This document shows, piece after piece, positions 25,323-40,070 of a DNA stretch of 64,000 bases; position 1 is the first letter of the stretch, and the number at the start of each line of letters is the position of its first letter. Position numbers and translations under genes: made by a program. This DNA is from Octopus sinensis (taxonomy: Eukaryota), in contig NC_042999.1 of NCBI RefSeq assembly GCF_006345805.1, forward strand, positions 155,868,001 through 155,932,000. The letters run 5' to 3'. The notes under the pieces were generated by a model, which worked only from the letters and a program-made list of their open reading frames with translations, made no database searches and was not told the origin of the DNA.

Positions 25323-28300
25323 TTCATCATTGTTTAACATCCACTTTCCATGCTGACATGGGTTGGATGGTTTGACTGGCAAGCTGGGAGGCTACATCGG
25401 GCTCGAATCTGATCTGGCAACATTTCTACGGCTGGATGCCCTTTCCTAACGCCAACCACTCCATGAGTGTAGTGGGTTATTTTATGTGCTAGCAGCACAG
25501 CGGCCAGTCAGGTGGCACTGGCATTGACCACACTCAAATGGTGCTTTTTACATGCCACCAGCATGGGAGCCAGTCCGGTAGCACTGGCATCAACCACGTT
25601 TAAATGGTGTGTGTGTGTGTGTTTGTGTGTGTATATACTGTGAAAATAATATAGGTAGAAAATTTAGAAAACTTTTCATACTGGTGGCTATTATGTGTAA
25701 TGAAGTCAACAGACAACATATTTTCATATATAATAGTGTACAAACAATTTACGTATTTATACACGGAAGAGGTGACCTTTGACAAGATACCTTACACGCT
25801 AGAAAGGGCAGTAAAAACCCAAACTACAAATAACAGCAATTTCAAAGAGAATGAAAATAAAAAAGTATATATATATATATATATATGTTAATAAAATAGA
25901 ACATATTGCATATATATAAACATATATGTACGTACCTACCTCTACATGTACATATACACGCATATATGTATGTATGTGTGTGTGTGTGTGTGGTTAGGGA
26001 TCACAGTGAGCTGACTCAGTGCATTTAGACCTATTTGTCTTCAATGAGAAATTTTCTATGACAAAATTTAGTGATTAGCTTCCTTACAGGTTTGAATATG
26101 TCTAAAGCTTATTTGAACTGTTAACAAGTTTGTATTTACACACATCACTGCTTAGCGGTCACCTTATGTGTGTGTGTGTGTTAGTGGAAAAGAACATGTT
26201 GACAGAGAGAGAAGGATTGGGGGGAGAGAGAAGGGGGAGGGAGCAGTTCACCCAGCGACGAACTTCAGAAAGTACAATGTTAATCCTTTAGTTCCATAGA
26301 CTTGGCAGTTTAGGAAATTATCTTAGATGTTAAAATATAATTAAATTTTAAAATATTTATTATTTATTGGCTAAACAGGCAAAATGACCATTCCTAAATA
26401 CAATAAATTTAAAAAAAAAAAAAATTCTAAAATATATATTATTGCAATTTGAAAATAAACTAAAGGAATTTACTAGCAAACAAATTAGGTTTTCCAACTT
26501 TGGAAGCACAAAACTATTCATTCTTATTTTATTTATTATTTTTTTTCTGAGGAAGTGGGGAGGAGGGCAATACTACAAATTGTATGAGATTCTACATAAA
26601 TGTAAAGATGATATAAAAAGTGTCATGCATGTGAATGGTAACATTCTATCAATCCCCTCAAGTAGGGTGAAAGGCAAAAAAAAAAAATAAATAAAATAAA
26701 CCTCAATAAGATTTGGCCTTTGAAAGCCGAGACATTAAATACTTTATACAAAAATGAGCAAATAAATCTCAAACTGGACAGTGACAGGTTTTGAACAACA
26801 CAGGTATATCAAATACCGTACAACAAATTTCTTGATTCATAAAAATTTGTCCATTTCTAAAAAATCTATCATAATTACCAAACAGTAATTGTGATTAGCC
26901 CCACCTGTAAAAAGGCAAATGTTGTAAAAGACAAGATTATTGATTGGAGGTAAGAGAACAGTTGTGGACATGTGTGTTTGCCTCAATATCCATCATCAGC
27001 ATGACAACTGCTTGACCTTGTCTTCAGTAGGCAAAGGACATAGATGTACACAAAAAAAAGAGTAGAAGACATTGATGGCTGGGTAATTTGCACAGGTAAA
27101 AAGACGGAAGTTCGTCTGATATGGTCACCTATCCAGCCCCAAGTCTGGTGCAGAAACATTCTACATGGCACAATAGAGTGAGGGCAAAAGAGACGCAGAG
27201 AAAATCCTGGTTTGACAACATCAAATGAACGGACTGGTCACAACACTGCAAACCTGCTACACATGACAAAGAGTTGAGACCAATGGTGATAGATGACTAC
27301 AAAGGTGTCTAGTAGCACCTTGAGGACCAGCTGCATTAATAAAGGTATCTTGGCGATGATGAAGAAACGAAAATGAGCTAAGGGACATAACTCAAATTGG
27401 CCAGAGGCATGTGTGAATTCGAAGCAAGCAATTGCCTTTTTAAGTGTGGAAAATTTAGGTATGCTACATTCTATCACAAACAAACATGAAATAAATAATA
27501 CAGGCAGAAATAAAAGAAATAATTTGGTTGCTTTGAAAGGATTAAATGTTATTTTAAGTAGGAATTAATAAGCAGTTGATTTCTGACTAATCTATTATGG
27601 ATTAGCATAGAAACAGACATAGAGCAGAGTTTTAATATGTATAGCTGTCTGTATATATGAATCAGGTCAATAGGTTTTCAAACTCATGGTTGATTATTTA
27701 TAATAATAATTAGGAGTGTTATAATGGCGTCTGAAGAAATATTGATTTTGAATTTTTGGCACAAGGCCAGCAGTTTTGTAGGGAGGGAGATAGCCTGCAT
27801 CAATCCTTGTGCTCAACTGATATTTTATCAACCCTGAAAGGATGAAAGGCAAAGTCGACCCCAGTGGCATCTGAACTAAAGTGTTAAATGATAAGTTTCA
27901 TTTTGAATTTTTCTTTCAAAAACACCCAAAACCTTATCCAAAAGAGGGCCATTCAAGTGCTGAGCAAATATTCCAGAATTCCTTCTTTGTCCACATCTTC
28001 ATAGACATTTACCTACATCATCGTCATCATCCAGTCATTTTAAATCCAGGTTTTGTCCCCGTTAACGGGGGTGGCCAGATCTACCTCAATGCCATAGCAA
28101 CCAAAGTAGGCAGGTGCAGCCCACCCCAACCTTTGGGCTGGCTGGTGCTCATTCTCTTTTGCTATCATGTGGCTTTTTTTTGGAGCTGGATTTTCTACAG
28201 GGCTGATGCCCTTGCTTACCCCCAATCTCAGTTCCTAGACATGAGTGGTCCTGAGACCAAAGCCTCTACCACGATTTTTATGAAATGTAGTGGAAAACTA

Positions 28301-28544
28301 GCTCAGGAAGGCAGGGACACAACTCCCGAGACCCCCTACCTAGATGTTAAAAAACTGAACTTCACAAGTTACATTTATCTCATCAGCTAAACAAGGCCTG
28401 CAAATGAGCAGAACCTCTTACTCTCATCATTCAACGTTCACTTGCAAGTATTACAACGTATAAAGCTGTGCATATTTGTATTCATTTATGCTACAATGTA
28501 GGAGAGGAGTCACAAAGTGTACACAAATGAATGTATCTTTTATC

Positions 28545-28910
28545 ATTCACTTGTTTCAGTCATTTGACTGTGGCCATTCTGGGGCACTGCCTTGAAAAAT
28601 TTTAATTGAATGATTCATCTCCAGTACTTTTTTTTTTTAAAGCTTGGCACTTAGTGTTCTTTTTTGCCAAGCTGCTAAGTTACAGGGACACAAACACACC
28701 AATACCAGTCGGGTGGTGGTGCAAATATAGACACAAAGACAGACACACACACAATGGGCTTTCAGTTTCTGCCAGCCAAATCCACTCCCAAGGTTTTGGT
28801 CAGTCTGAGTTTATAGAAGAACACACTTGCCTAAGGTGCCATGCAGCGAGACTGAACCTGGAACCATGAGGTTAGGACGCAAACCTCTTCTAACCACATG
28901 GCCACTCCTG
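28545..28910 (-). mobile_element. SINE family A (others at about 10201-10475 +, 12065-12357 -, 30731-31127 -, 31735-32062 -, 40402-40740 +)
   Basis: Family A motifs. Confidence 0.8.
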
Positions 28911-29358
28911 TGGTTATTGATAATAAATGTCAAGAATGATAATTTATTGAATCAAAGCTTGAGTCAATGACATCCAGTTGACTTATAGATAAGGACCTGA
29001 TTGTCAAGGATTAGAATACACAAGACAATCTTACATATTACCTAATTCGCAGTGGCATTTCTGTTCATATTTGGCTTTTGTTATTGTTTTAAATAATGTT
29101 AACAACAATGGAAAGCAAGGTAAACTGTTGACGTGAACTAAAGATTAAGGTGGCAGTGATGAAATATTAAGTTGCTATTCAAACAAGGTGTATAGAAGAT
29201 TAATGATATAAATGTGCAGCGTCATTTAATATTTAGAGGTTCATAATAGTGTTAATCATATGTCATATGAAAGGAAATATTTTGGTTGTATGATTAATGA
29301 GTTAGAAGATATTTGTAATTAGAAAAATGGTACAAATTTTGAGATAGGAGTAATCAAC

Positions 29359-29843
29359 TTAACCCTTTACCATTCAGATTATTCTGTTAAATGCAGAGCT
29401 GTGGAGTCAAAACAAAAAAACTTTGACTCCGACTCCTGACTCCTCTATTGGCTCCTCTTTATGTAATTAAGTGATCGTGGTCTACACATCTCAAAGCATA
29501 TGCATACGCTTGTACTTTGAGTAGGCCTATATGTTATAACTAGTTTATATTAAAGAATAAAGACATTATGAGTCAGAGTCGGTATAGTTTTACCAACTGA
29601 CTCCAGTTACCTCTTAACTGTTTCTGACTCCGACTCAACAGCCCTGGTTAAATGTAAAGCTTATTGGTTCACATTGCTTTGAATTAACCATGAATTATCT
29701 TGTAGCTTTAAGTGTTTGATGATGCAGTAGTTTATTTTTAAAATGATGTTGTAGGATAAGTGTGAGGGGCTAGACCTGACTGGGAACATAAAACAGGTAG
29801 AATACTTTGGCTGGATATGGCTGGTTTAAAAGCTAAAGGGTTC
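29359..29843. mobile_element. piggyBac-like MITE (uninterrupted copy at about 23121-23349; partial at about 38566-38730)
   Basis: TTAA-ccctttaccatt ... aagctaaaggg-tt ends; colinear with 23121-23349. Confidence 0.75.
29394..29646. mobile_element. hAT-like MITE with GACTCC subterminal repeats, nested in a piggyBac MITE
   Basis: TIR cagagctgtggagtc / gactcaacagccctg; 8-bp TSD gttaaatg (29386-29393, 29647-29654). Confidence 0.85.
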
Positions 29844-32800
29844 ATCACCATCATCATTGTTATTTTAAAATTCACTGTTCTATGCTTTGTATGGGTAAGT
29901 AGAATTTGTTGAGGCCTGAAATAAATTTGTTTTACAATTGTTTTTTCATGCCAGGTTTGGTTTTGATGTGAAGACTGAGGAAGATTTTAGTGGCTGGATT
30001 TGGTACCATCCATTACCTACTTTTCAAGTATGGGATTGTATTTTTAAGAAATTCCACTGATCTCGAAAAGCACAAAATTAAAGGACATTGTTCGCAAGGA
30101 ATGTAAATATGTGACACAACCATTTTGTTTACACGATGTCATGCAAGGACACAAAAAAGAAACACACACACACAAAAGGGGCTTCTGTCAACCCAATACT
30201 ATATTAGAAGACACTTGTCTAAGGTGCTGCAAAGTGGAACAGAACCCAAAGTCACGTGGTTGTGATATTTTGGGATGCGCTATGGGTTTTATAGACAGGA
30301 AGTTAACCCTTGCCAGACATTGGCAGCGCATGACCGGAACTGGGGGAGGAAATAAATGGTGGTTTCCTGAAATGTATTGGGAGGAATCACTAACATGAGG
30401 TTCCCAGTGGTGCATCAAAATTTGGACATTAATATGCAACGTTCATTCTGGCATCTCTTTATCTACAGACAATATTAAGCTGGATAGCAGTCTAGTTGGT
30501 CATTACTCTGACATAAATCCACTCCTACCAGCAAAGAAGACATTTTACTGGTTACAAAGTGAACTCTGTATTTTAGTACTTAAAAAACTTAATTGACCAA
30601 ACTTGAAAAGGTGAAAGAAAATCTTTTGTCACAAGTATGAATTGAACTCTTAACATTAAAACGAATACAGCTAGAGTACAAAAACAGAATGAGGTTAGCT
30701 GCATAAAAGGTGATTCAGCTATTTTCACCATCTTTTACTTGTTTCAGTCATTAGACTGTGACCAAGCTGGGATACTGCTTTGAAGAAATTTTAGTCAAAT
30801 GTATCGAACCCCACTTATCTTTGATTTTTTTTTAAAGCCTGGTCCTTATTCTAGTGGTCTCTTTGGCCAAACCATTAAGTTACAGGGACATAAGCACACC
30901 AGCACGGGCTGTCAAATGGTGGTGGTAACACAGACACACACATATACACACACACACACACACATATATTGGGCTTTCAGTTTCCATCCACAAAATCCAC
31001 TCACAAGGCTTTGGCCAGCCCAAGACTATAGAAGACAACGCTTGCCCAAGGTGCCATACAATGTGATTGAACCTGAAACCATGTGGTTGGAAAGTAAAAA
31101 TTCTTTCCACATGGCCACTCCTGCACCTTAACAAGACAATTTACCAACCTTGAAAGAGCGAAAGAAAAGTTTTTGTCACCAGCAAGATCCGAACACAAAA
31201 CATCAAACAAAATAACTAACTACTGCAAGAAGAGAATGAGGTTAGCTGCATAAAAGGTGATTCAGCTATTTTCACTAGAGGGGTTTTGTATAATAGAAGA
31301 AAAAATAACTCACAGAAACAAGCTAAGAGACTCGAACAGTACAACAATATGCCAAGTCACTATATACACACACACACTCTGTATCCAATATCAGTAAAGA
31401 ATGAGTATATATTTCATTTTTAAACCTACTTCACTGAAAAACAATACATGCTACCAGTAACAAAATGTTTCACTTTTCTAGCTTCAGTTAAATGAACATG
31501 ATGTTGATGGTGATGAACATCAGGTTATGGTTGGTTGGTTTGCAAGTTCATTATTCTTCCAGCAACTAAAAACTGCAGTAAGTTGAGATTTTGGATCATG
31601 ACACAGTCAAAACGAGAACCTTTTCTCCTTTTGCACAACATTCAGCATGACTTCTCAAATTGTGGTGAACCAATGTCAGAGTTTCAACTCTTCTAAATTG
31701 GCCAAATTCACAATTCAAAGGGCCATGTTCATTGTTTATCTTGTTTTTTATTAGACAGTGACCCTTCTGAAGCACCACCACGAAGGGTTTTAGCTAACCA
31801 AATCGATCTTGGTACTTATTTTTGAAGTCTGCTGCTTGTTCTATAGGTGACTTTTGCTGACCCTCTAAATTACAGGAATGCAAAGGCAGCAACACTGGTT
31901 GTCAAGCAGCGAAGATGAGGATGACAGACACATGGCACCCTTCTTTCAGTTTCTTCTACTGTTCACAGAAGGCACTGTTTCCCCAAGATGCCAACAGTGG
32001 GAATTGAACCCAAAACCATGTGGATGGGAAATGATTTTAACCACACAACCATCTTTGCACCCATCAATATATTGCAAAAACTGAGGTCTTTTATTTAATT
32101 TTTCTTGCTTAACAGAGTCCATGGACTTTTAACAGGGCCTTCAAGACTAGTGGAGGTAATCCTTAGACTGAAGGACCTAATCACAAATTCTTACAACAGA
32201 GTAGACTATTAAAGGTACCCATGGGCCAGGCAGTGATGTTAAGGGAAGTAAACATTCAAGGGGCCAGGTAGTGGTGTTAAAGCAGGTAAAGGTTCAATCC
32301 TTGTGATAGCTAAAATTTTGTATGTTTTTAAAGTGTTCTCATTACTAGATACCACACAGCAGCTTTGCTTTATTGTGTCTATAGAATGGTAACTTCATAT
32401 GGCATTTCTCTCCAGGATCATAAGATACTCAAAGACAGGAGAGAATTTGTTGAAGGACACTGAGCAGATTGAGTAACCACAAGGAATTAGTGAAGTTTTG
32501 CTTGCAGAAATGTTCATTTATCAACAAAAACAGCTTCTGCAATTTACCATTATTTTTGCTATTTAGTTTCACAGAAGCAGAGACTACCCTTAGTTCCATG
32601 ATACAAAACTCCTGCTTTAAAAGGATCTAAAATAAAAACCTTCCATGTTCCAAACATCTGCTTAGTAAAGAATAAGTTATTTAATTCATTATTTTCAAAA
32701 TTATTCGAACTAAAGACCCTTTTATGTGCCAGTGGCACATAAAAAGCACCAACCAATTGTGGCTGCTGCAGCCTCCTCTGGCACCTGTGCCAGTGGCACC

Positions 32801-33769
32801 TAAAAAGCATCCACTACACTCATGGAGTGGTTGGTGTTAGGAAGGGCATCCAGCTGTAGAAACACTGCCAGATCAAACTGGAGCCTGGTGCAGCCCCCTG
32901 GCTTCCCAGACCCCGGTCGAACCGTCCAACCCATGCTAGCACGGAAAACGGATGTTAAACAATGATGATGACGAAATAAGGTAACAGACGGGTTAAATAA
33001 TTCACTTTGCCCAGTATACTTCAATTCAAAACACTCATGATAAAGTTAACGCAAAATTTCATGTTTCTTTTGGTTAAATTCAATGCACAATATGAATGGT
33101 CTTTACAAACTCCCACCCCACTCCATTACAAATATAAAATATTTGCTAAGCTTAAAATGGCAGAAAGTCGTAGGGAAAGATTACTGAAGAAAATAGTTTT
33201 GTAAGAGAAAAAGGCCAAAAAGTAAAAAAAAATAATATAATATTCCAGTTCCGATGACAGACTAGTGACATAAGGAGAAACTTATATGGTATGATAATGT
33301 AGTGAGAATAAACAAGACATTAATACTAAATATATATGATGTTTAAATATGGGTTGAGGAGGTATGAAATGGTTTCTACACTGAGAAAGACAGCGATATT
33401 CATTAACAGGACATCTGAAGTGTTTAAAGCAAAATACTTGTTGGCATGGTTCAAGACGAATTTAGTTTGAATGTTGAAATTATCAATTATTTGTTTCACA
33501 TCTGTTTTCCCATTCTAGTATGGGTTTGATGGCTTGACAGGGGCTGACGAGCCAAGGGGTTACATCAAATTTCAATGTCTAGTTTGGTATGGTTTTTATA
33601 GTTGGAAGCTATTCTTAACACCAACCAATTTACAAAATGTACTAGGTGCTTTTTAATGTGGCACCAGCACTAGTGAGGTCACCAAATAACTCAATACAAA
33701 ACCTCTCGACAGAGGTGAGTGTAATATTAAGGGCAGTGATATCAGGTGATGACAGGTTAAAAGGTGACA

Positions 33770-34150
33770 ATCATCATCACCATCAAGATCCCTTAACTGA
33801 CACAGTCAGTCATTGGGGTGCCACTCTAGATGCTTTCTTAGCTGTCACCACTGGTCTCTGTTCTCTAGCATCTGTAGCAGGTTCTGTGTTGTGACTTGTC
33901 CAGTTCTGGATGTTGTCAAACCAGGATTTTCTGTCTACCTCTCTTAACTGTACCCTGGGAGAATGGTTTTGGACAGGTGTTGTGGTAGGATACATGACCG
34001 TACCAGACAATCTTTTGGCATTTTACCTGTACAAGGAGTGGTTCCTGCCTGCCAGCATATTTGTTGACTTGCCATCTGATAATATATAACTTAAAAAGTT
34101 CTCTGCATCACTTCTACCATTTTATGGAGTGCTTCTAACAAGAACTAGAA
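33770..34150 (-). mobile_element. Degraded RTE-type LINE 3' fragment (similar decayed piece at about 26930-27370 +)
   Basis: Residual ...RKSWFDNIQNWT motif and (GAT)n tail. Confidence 0.5.
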
Positions 34151-35351
34151 GAGGAAACTTAGCCATGGTCAATTTTCACTCAAACCATTAATTAACAATT
34201 TCTTTATCAATATGTGAAGGTGTGTAGCCTAGTGGTGAGTGTATTCAGCTAATGATCATAAAGTCACAAGTTTGATTCCTGGCGACACATTGGGTCCTTG
34301 AGCAAGACCCTTTATTTCACATTGCTCCAGTCCACTCAGCTGGCAAAAAGTATCTGTAATTCAATGGGCTGGCCCCTGTCATATTTGGTGCATCGAGGTG
34401 AATCACTCAGAGAACTCTGTTAAGGGTGGAATGTCTTCAAAGCTGGTAGGAACAGATTCATGCCAACGAGTACTGACCAATTAGATTGCTATGCAAGTAA
34501 TATTGTCTGCAGACATGTGCTGTCATGTGCTGGTAATGTCCGGCAAGGGAGATAACTATCTATAAAACCCATAGCACATCTCAGAAAATCACAAAGGGTA
34601 TGTGAGTCGAGAGTGTTTAGCTACTTGCATGTTAATTCCATGAACAAGTTGTCCAAAGTGCCACACAGTAGGAGTGAACCCAAGACCATATGATTGGGAA
34701 GTGAGCTTAACCACACAGCTACACTTTCATCTAAAATTAAACCTAGTAAAGTCTTAGCAAAAAGAAATAAAAAAATCTTCTGCCATGTGGGAAATGACCT
34801 TGCAAAGTATGCAAAGAATGTGAAGGTAGGAATTCTATATGATGTACCTAATGTAAACTGAGATCAAGAGAGATGCAATGGGATCGCAGACAGGCTGCCA
34901 GAGAAGAAGATGAGCTTTATGTGTAGCAGATATACAAGAATAGTTAGCAGTAAGAACACCCTTAAAAATAAATTCTTTTAAATGCCCTAAAGGGTCCTTA
35001 AAAAACAAGTATTCGTTACTTAGCTATTCCAGAACTCTGCTGCAAAATCTTAAGTAGAGGTGGGGGGACAAAATATTTGATTAATATTTCTTGGCGGTGG
35101 GGGGTAGTATTTTAGTATTTGTCAATTTATGAACTACTGTATTTAATGATTCTCTCATCACTCCAACTAATAATTAACTGATCTGTTTGTTTGTTTTTTT
35201 TTCAAATCGATGTCATATCTGAGAAATAGATCTATGATTTATTAGTTTGAGAATTTATATAATTTTATCAGCTAAAATAAAAGAAAAAATATTTCCTTTA
35301 TGAAGTAAAATTAGCAATGGAGGAGGATGTTCTAGAAGTATAGTAACCAGA

Positions 35352-35575
35352 TTAACCTTTTTGATACCAACCCGGCTGAAACCGCCCCTGGTTCGGTAGT
35401 ACAAATGTCTTGCTTTCATAAGTTTTGAATTAAAATCTTCCACCAAACCTTAGTCACAATTTATGTTCCTGACATTAGCTTAATGATAACTAAGTTATTT
35501 CACTAAATTCTTTGTTATATTTATAGTAATTGAAAGAAACACAGAGCCTCTCAAAATAAATACAGTAAAAGCAAA
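35352..35575. mobile_element. piggyBac-like MITE, second family (partial related piece at about 37146-37220)
   Basis: Starts ttaacctttttgataccaacccggctgaaaccgccc; right end degraded. Confidence 0.5.
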
Positions 35576-36239
35576 GTGAAAGGCAGTTGATTGTATGATG
35601 CTTGTTCCAAATTGCATGTTGGTGACAGGAAGGTCCCTGCATGTGTGAAGACCAGGAAGAAAGGAGGTGAACATGATCTGTTAGATGCATAATGTCAGAG
35701 TGCATGAATAATAGGGTACAAATGTAGCAGACAAGAAAGGTGTTGGTATAGATTTGTGATGCATATAAAGAATGACGGTTGGATAAAGAACAGGCAAATG
35801 ATCCAAGAGGAAGGAACCTACAGAAGAGGAAGACTTGAAGAGACATGGTATGAGGTTGGGAAAGAATATTTTTAAGTCTGGTACCTATTTCTTTACTACC
35901 CACAAAGGGCTAAACACAGAGAGGACAAACAAACGGATTAAGTCAATTATATCAACCCCAGTGCATAACTGGTACTTATTTAATCGACCCCGTAAGGATG
36001 AAAGGCAAAGTCGACCTCGGCGGAATTTGAACTCAGAACGTAGCACAGATGAAATACTGCTAAGCATTTCATCCGGTGTGCTAACGTTTCTGCCAGCTAG
36101 CCTGGTACCTATTCTATCGATCTCTTTGGCCAAATTACTAAGTTACAGGAGAAGTAAACACACCAGTCCCAATCATTAAGCAGTGGCTGGAACAAACAAA
36201 CAAACACACACACACACACACAAACACATTATACATATG

Positions 36240-36670
36240 TGGGCAGAACTGTGACATGGGATCAGCAACTAGTCTGAGCTGAAATAGTTTCTGGCTCCAA
36301 AGTGAAGAACCAACTTTTGTGATGCCCTTTTGGTGCTGTTGCAGATGTCATGTTTGTTATGAAAGATCATTTCAGATTGTAAAATTTGTTGTTTTAGCAA
36401 GGTCATGTTTCCTTGATGGGAATGGCGACTGTTCTTGTAAGTTGTTCAATGAGACTAGGTTGTTATCTGTAGGAGGATGTTTACAATATTTCTATGTAAT
36501 AATGCATGACTGATGAGAGGCTACTGGGTTGTGTGTAGATAATCCCTGAGGTCTATGTGAATGAGGGCATCAGCTGTGGAAGAGCCTATTGATTAAAACT
36601 AGCAAGTAGGTCACCTATAAAGTGTTGGGAACACAACCAAACATTGAAATCTACCACAGTGAATAGAACG
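36240..36670 (-). mobile_element. Highly decayed Penelope-like GIY-YIG remnant
   Basis: Minus-strand residues ...KRASQKLVLHFG resemble the PLE endonuclease C-terminus (RxxxEQKLIFxLGT); many stops. Confidence 0.3.
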
Positions 36671-37414
36671 TGGGTTAGAGATATCAGCACGTGGGTTAGA
36701 GATATCAGCAGCACCATCATCATTTATGCTTGCCTTCCATCTTAGTGCCAATTGGTTGAACCCAACACAGCCCATGCCAGTTGTTATCAGAATTATTGCC
36801 TTTATAGACAGGTCAGGGTTTGCCTCTCTCTACTTCTGGTCCCTGTCTTTAGGGAAACTTCCAGTCCAAATGATAAAAACAGGTGGCGGCTATAACAGGT
36901 TATCATAGAGGTTATCAAGACCTCTTGATATCAAGTTCAAATCCCACCAAGAAAGTTTTTGTAAATTCATCTTTCCATTGTCAATATAAAAAAAAAAAAG
37001 GCACCACAAAGAATCACTGGTACCAATGGAACCAATTTAATCAACTCTATACATTTTTCTGAAAAAGTCTGTGTTATCCCAATGCAAATAAAATGGATAT
37101 AAGAAAAATGTCTGGATTACTTGGAACAAAATTTACAATAATTCATTAACCCTTTTCATACCACCCCACCTGAAACTGCCCCTTATTCTAAGATATAGGC
37201 AATTTTTTATAAAGGTCTTAAAAATTGAAAGGTTCTAAAAAAAAAAAAGGAAAAAAATCTTATGGTAATACAGATAATTTCTTACAAGGAATCTTTAGAG
37301 CATTTAGTAGTAGAAACCATGTCAAAAGAAACATTGGAGTTCAATGCAGTCCTCCGGTTTGTTGGATCCTGCCAAAATCGTCCAACTCATGCAAGAAGGA
37401 AAAAGTGAAATGTT

Positions 37415-37945
37415 ACTCTTTTACGTGTTTCAGTCATGTAACTGTGGCAATGCTGGAGCACCACCTTTAGTCGAGCCAATCGACCCCAGGACTTATTCTT
37501 TGTAAGCCTAGTACTTATTCTATCGGTCTCTTTTACATAACAGCTAAGTTACGGGGACGTAAACACACCAGCATCGGTTGCCAAGCAATGCTCGGGGGAC
37601 AAACACAGACACAAACATACACACACACATCATCATCGTTTAACGTCCGCTTTCCGCGCTAGCACGGGTTGGACGGTTCGATCGGGGTCTGGGAAGCCAG
37701 GGGCTGCTCCAGGCTCCAGTCTGATCTGGCAGAGTTTCTACAGCTGGATGCCCTTCCTAACATATATATATATATATATATATACGATGGGCTTCTTTTC
37801 AGTTTCCGTCTACCAAATCCACTCACAAGGCTTTGGTCGGCCCGAGACTATAGTAGAAGTCACTTGCCCAAGGTGCCACACAGTGAGACTGAATCCGGAA
37901 CCATGTGGTTCGTAAGCAAGCTACTTACCACACAGCCACTCCTAT
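37415..37945 (-). mobile_element. SINE family A with a family C fragment (about 37630-37760) nested in its microsatellite
   Basis: Family A halves separated by catcatcgtttaacgtccgc...ggatgcccttcctaac. Confidence 0.85.
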
Positions 37946-38967
37946 GCCTTGTGAAATTAAATTTAAAAAATTATTCTCTTCCACTAAGACACAATGCATA
38001 GCTAACAACCTCATATTTGTAAAGAAGCACAGATGATTGGATGCAGCGCAAGATTAAAATTGGTTTTATTATTCTTGGGTCAAACCAGCAAGTTGGCAGA
38101 ATTGTTAGAATATTGAACAAGATGCTTAGCAGCATTTCTTTAACATTTTATGCCCAGTTCAAATTCCACCACTTTGCCTTTTATACTTTCAGGGTCAATA
38201 AAATAAGTACCGGTCAAGTACTGAAGCCAGTGTAATCAACTCGCCCTTCCCCTCAAAATTGCTGATTTGGCCTCGTGCCAAAATTAGACAAAAATTATTA
38301 ACCTGGAGTTTGATAAAGATCAAAGTGAACTTCAATTTTGTTCAGGATATTAGGAAACAAAATCTAAAGAGATGTTTTGACTGAACATGAAGCCAATTAG
38401 CTAAAGAAACAGTATATTAATTGATTATATCTATCACAATGTCTTCCTGAGATTTCTCAGTCTGGAGAATAAAATGATAAAAATCAATCACTACAGAACT
38501 TAGGTTTAGAAATAATGACAATTATTTTACGTTAGATAAGTTATCCTCCTCCAGAAATCTATTTATAACCCTTTTAGTATTCCAGTTACTCTGTCAAATA
38601 CAACGCTTATTTATTCACTATGTTTTGAGTTCTCATAGCTTTGAGATTTTGATATTATCTTTGGAATGACATTGTAGGGGAGGTGTGAGAGGTCAGATCT
38701 GGTCAGTTTGAATAAAAAAGAGATACAACCTGTTTAATAAAAAAACATCATCATAATTGTTTAACATACATTTTCTATGCTGGCATGGATTGGACAGTTT
38801 GACTGAAGTCTGGAGAACCAGCTGCTGCACCAGGTTCCAATCTGATCGGGCAATGTTTCTACAGCTGGATGCCCTTCCTAACGCCAACCACTATAAGTAT
38901 GCATTTTGGCAAAACAGACCAATAGAATAAGTATCAGGATTTAAGAAAAACAAATGTACTGAGGTCT

Positions 38968-39333
38968 CTCTTTACTCTTTTACTTGTTTCAGTCATTTGA
39001 CTGCGGCCATACTGGAGCACCGCCTTTAGTCGAGCAAATCAACCCCGGGACTTATTCTTCGTAAGCCCAGTACTTATTCTATCGGTCTCTTTTGCCAAAC
39101 TGCTAAGTGACGGGGACGTAAACACACCAGCATTGGTTGTCAAGCAATGCTAGGGGGACAAACACACATATATACGACAGGCTTCTTTCAGTTTCCGTCT
39201 ACCAAATCCACTCACAAGGCATTGGTCGGTCTGGGACTATAGCAGAAGACACTTGCCCAAGATGCCATGCAGTGGGACTGAACCCGGAACCATGTGGTTG
39301 GTTAGCAAGCTACTTACCACACAGCCACTCCTG
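38968..39333 (-). mobile_element. SINE family A, full length
   Basis: Complete head-to-tail match to other young copies. Confidence 0.9.
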
Positions 39334-39444
39334 AGCATAGTCTATTCATTCAACTGAAAATTCAAGACAGTGCCCCAGCATGGCCACAGTCTAATGATTG
39401 AAACAAGTAAAAGATGAGTTCAGTATACATTTAAGTATAAAACT

Positions 39445-40070
39445 GAGCTGGTAGAATCACGAGTGCATCGGATTAAATGCTTAGCAGCATGTCTTTTGGC
39501 TGTTTACATTCTGAATTCAGATCCTGAAGACAGTGGCAAGCTGGCAGAAACATTATCACGCGGGCAAAATGCTTAACAGTATTTCATCTGCCGCTACGTT
39601 CTGAGTTCAAATTCCGCCGAGGTCGACTTTGCCTTTCATCCTTTTGGGGTCGATTAAATAAGTACCAGCTACGCACTGGAGTCAATGTAAATTGACTTAA
39701 TCCGTTTGTCTGTCCTTGATTGTCCCCTCTGTGTGTAGCCCCTTGTGGGCAGTAAAGAAATAGGTATTTCGTCTGTCTTTATGTTCTGAGTTCAAATTCC
39801 TCCGATGTCAACTTTGCCTTTCATCCTTTCAGGGTCGATGTATTAAGTACCAGTTGTATACTGGGGTCGATCTCATTGACTGGCCCCACTCCCCAAAAAT
39901 TTCGGGCCTTATGCCTAGAGTAGAAAAGATCCTGTTGAAGTCAACTTTCTCTTTCATATTTTTGTGGTCAATAAAATAAAGTACCAGTCAAGCACTGGAG
40001 TTGATGTAGTCGACATGCCCCTCCCCTCAAAATTGCTAGCTTTGTACCAAAATTTGAAATATTTTATAGA
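39445..40070 (+). mobile_element. SINE family B multimer/nested copies (singles at about 72-240 +, 3290-3480 +, 22795-22975 -, 35885-36100 -, 38085-38290 +, 47435-47830 -, 60035-60250 -, 61083-61282 +)
   Basis: Same gcctttcatcctttcggggtcg domain. Confidence 0.8.
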
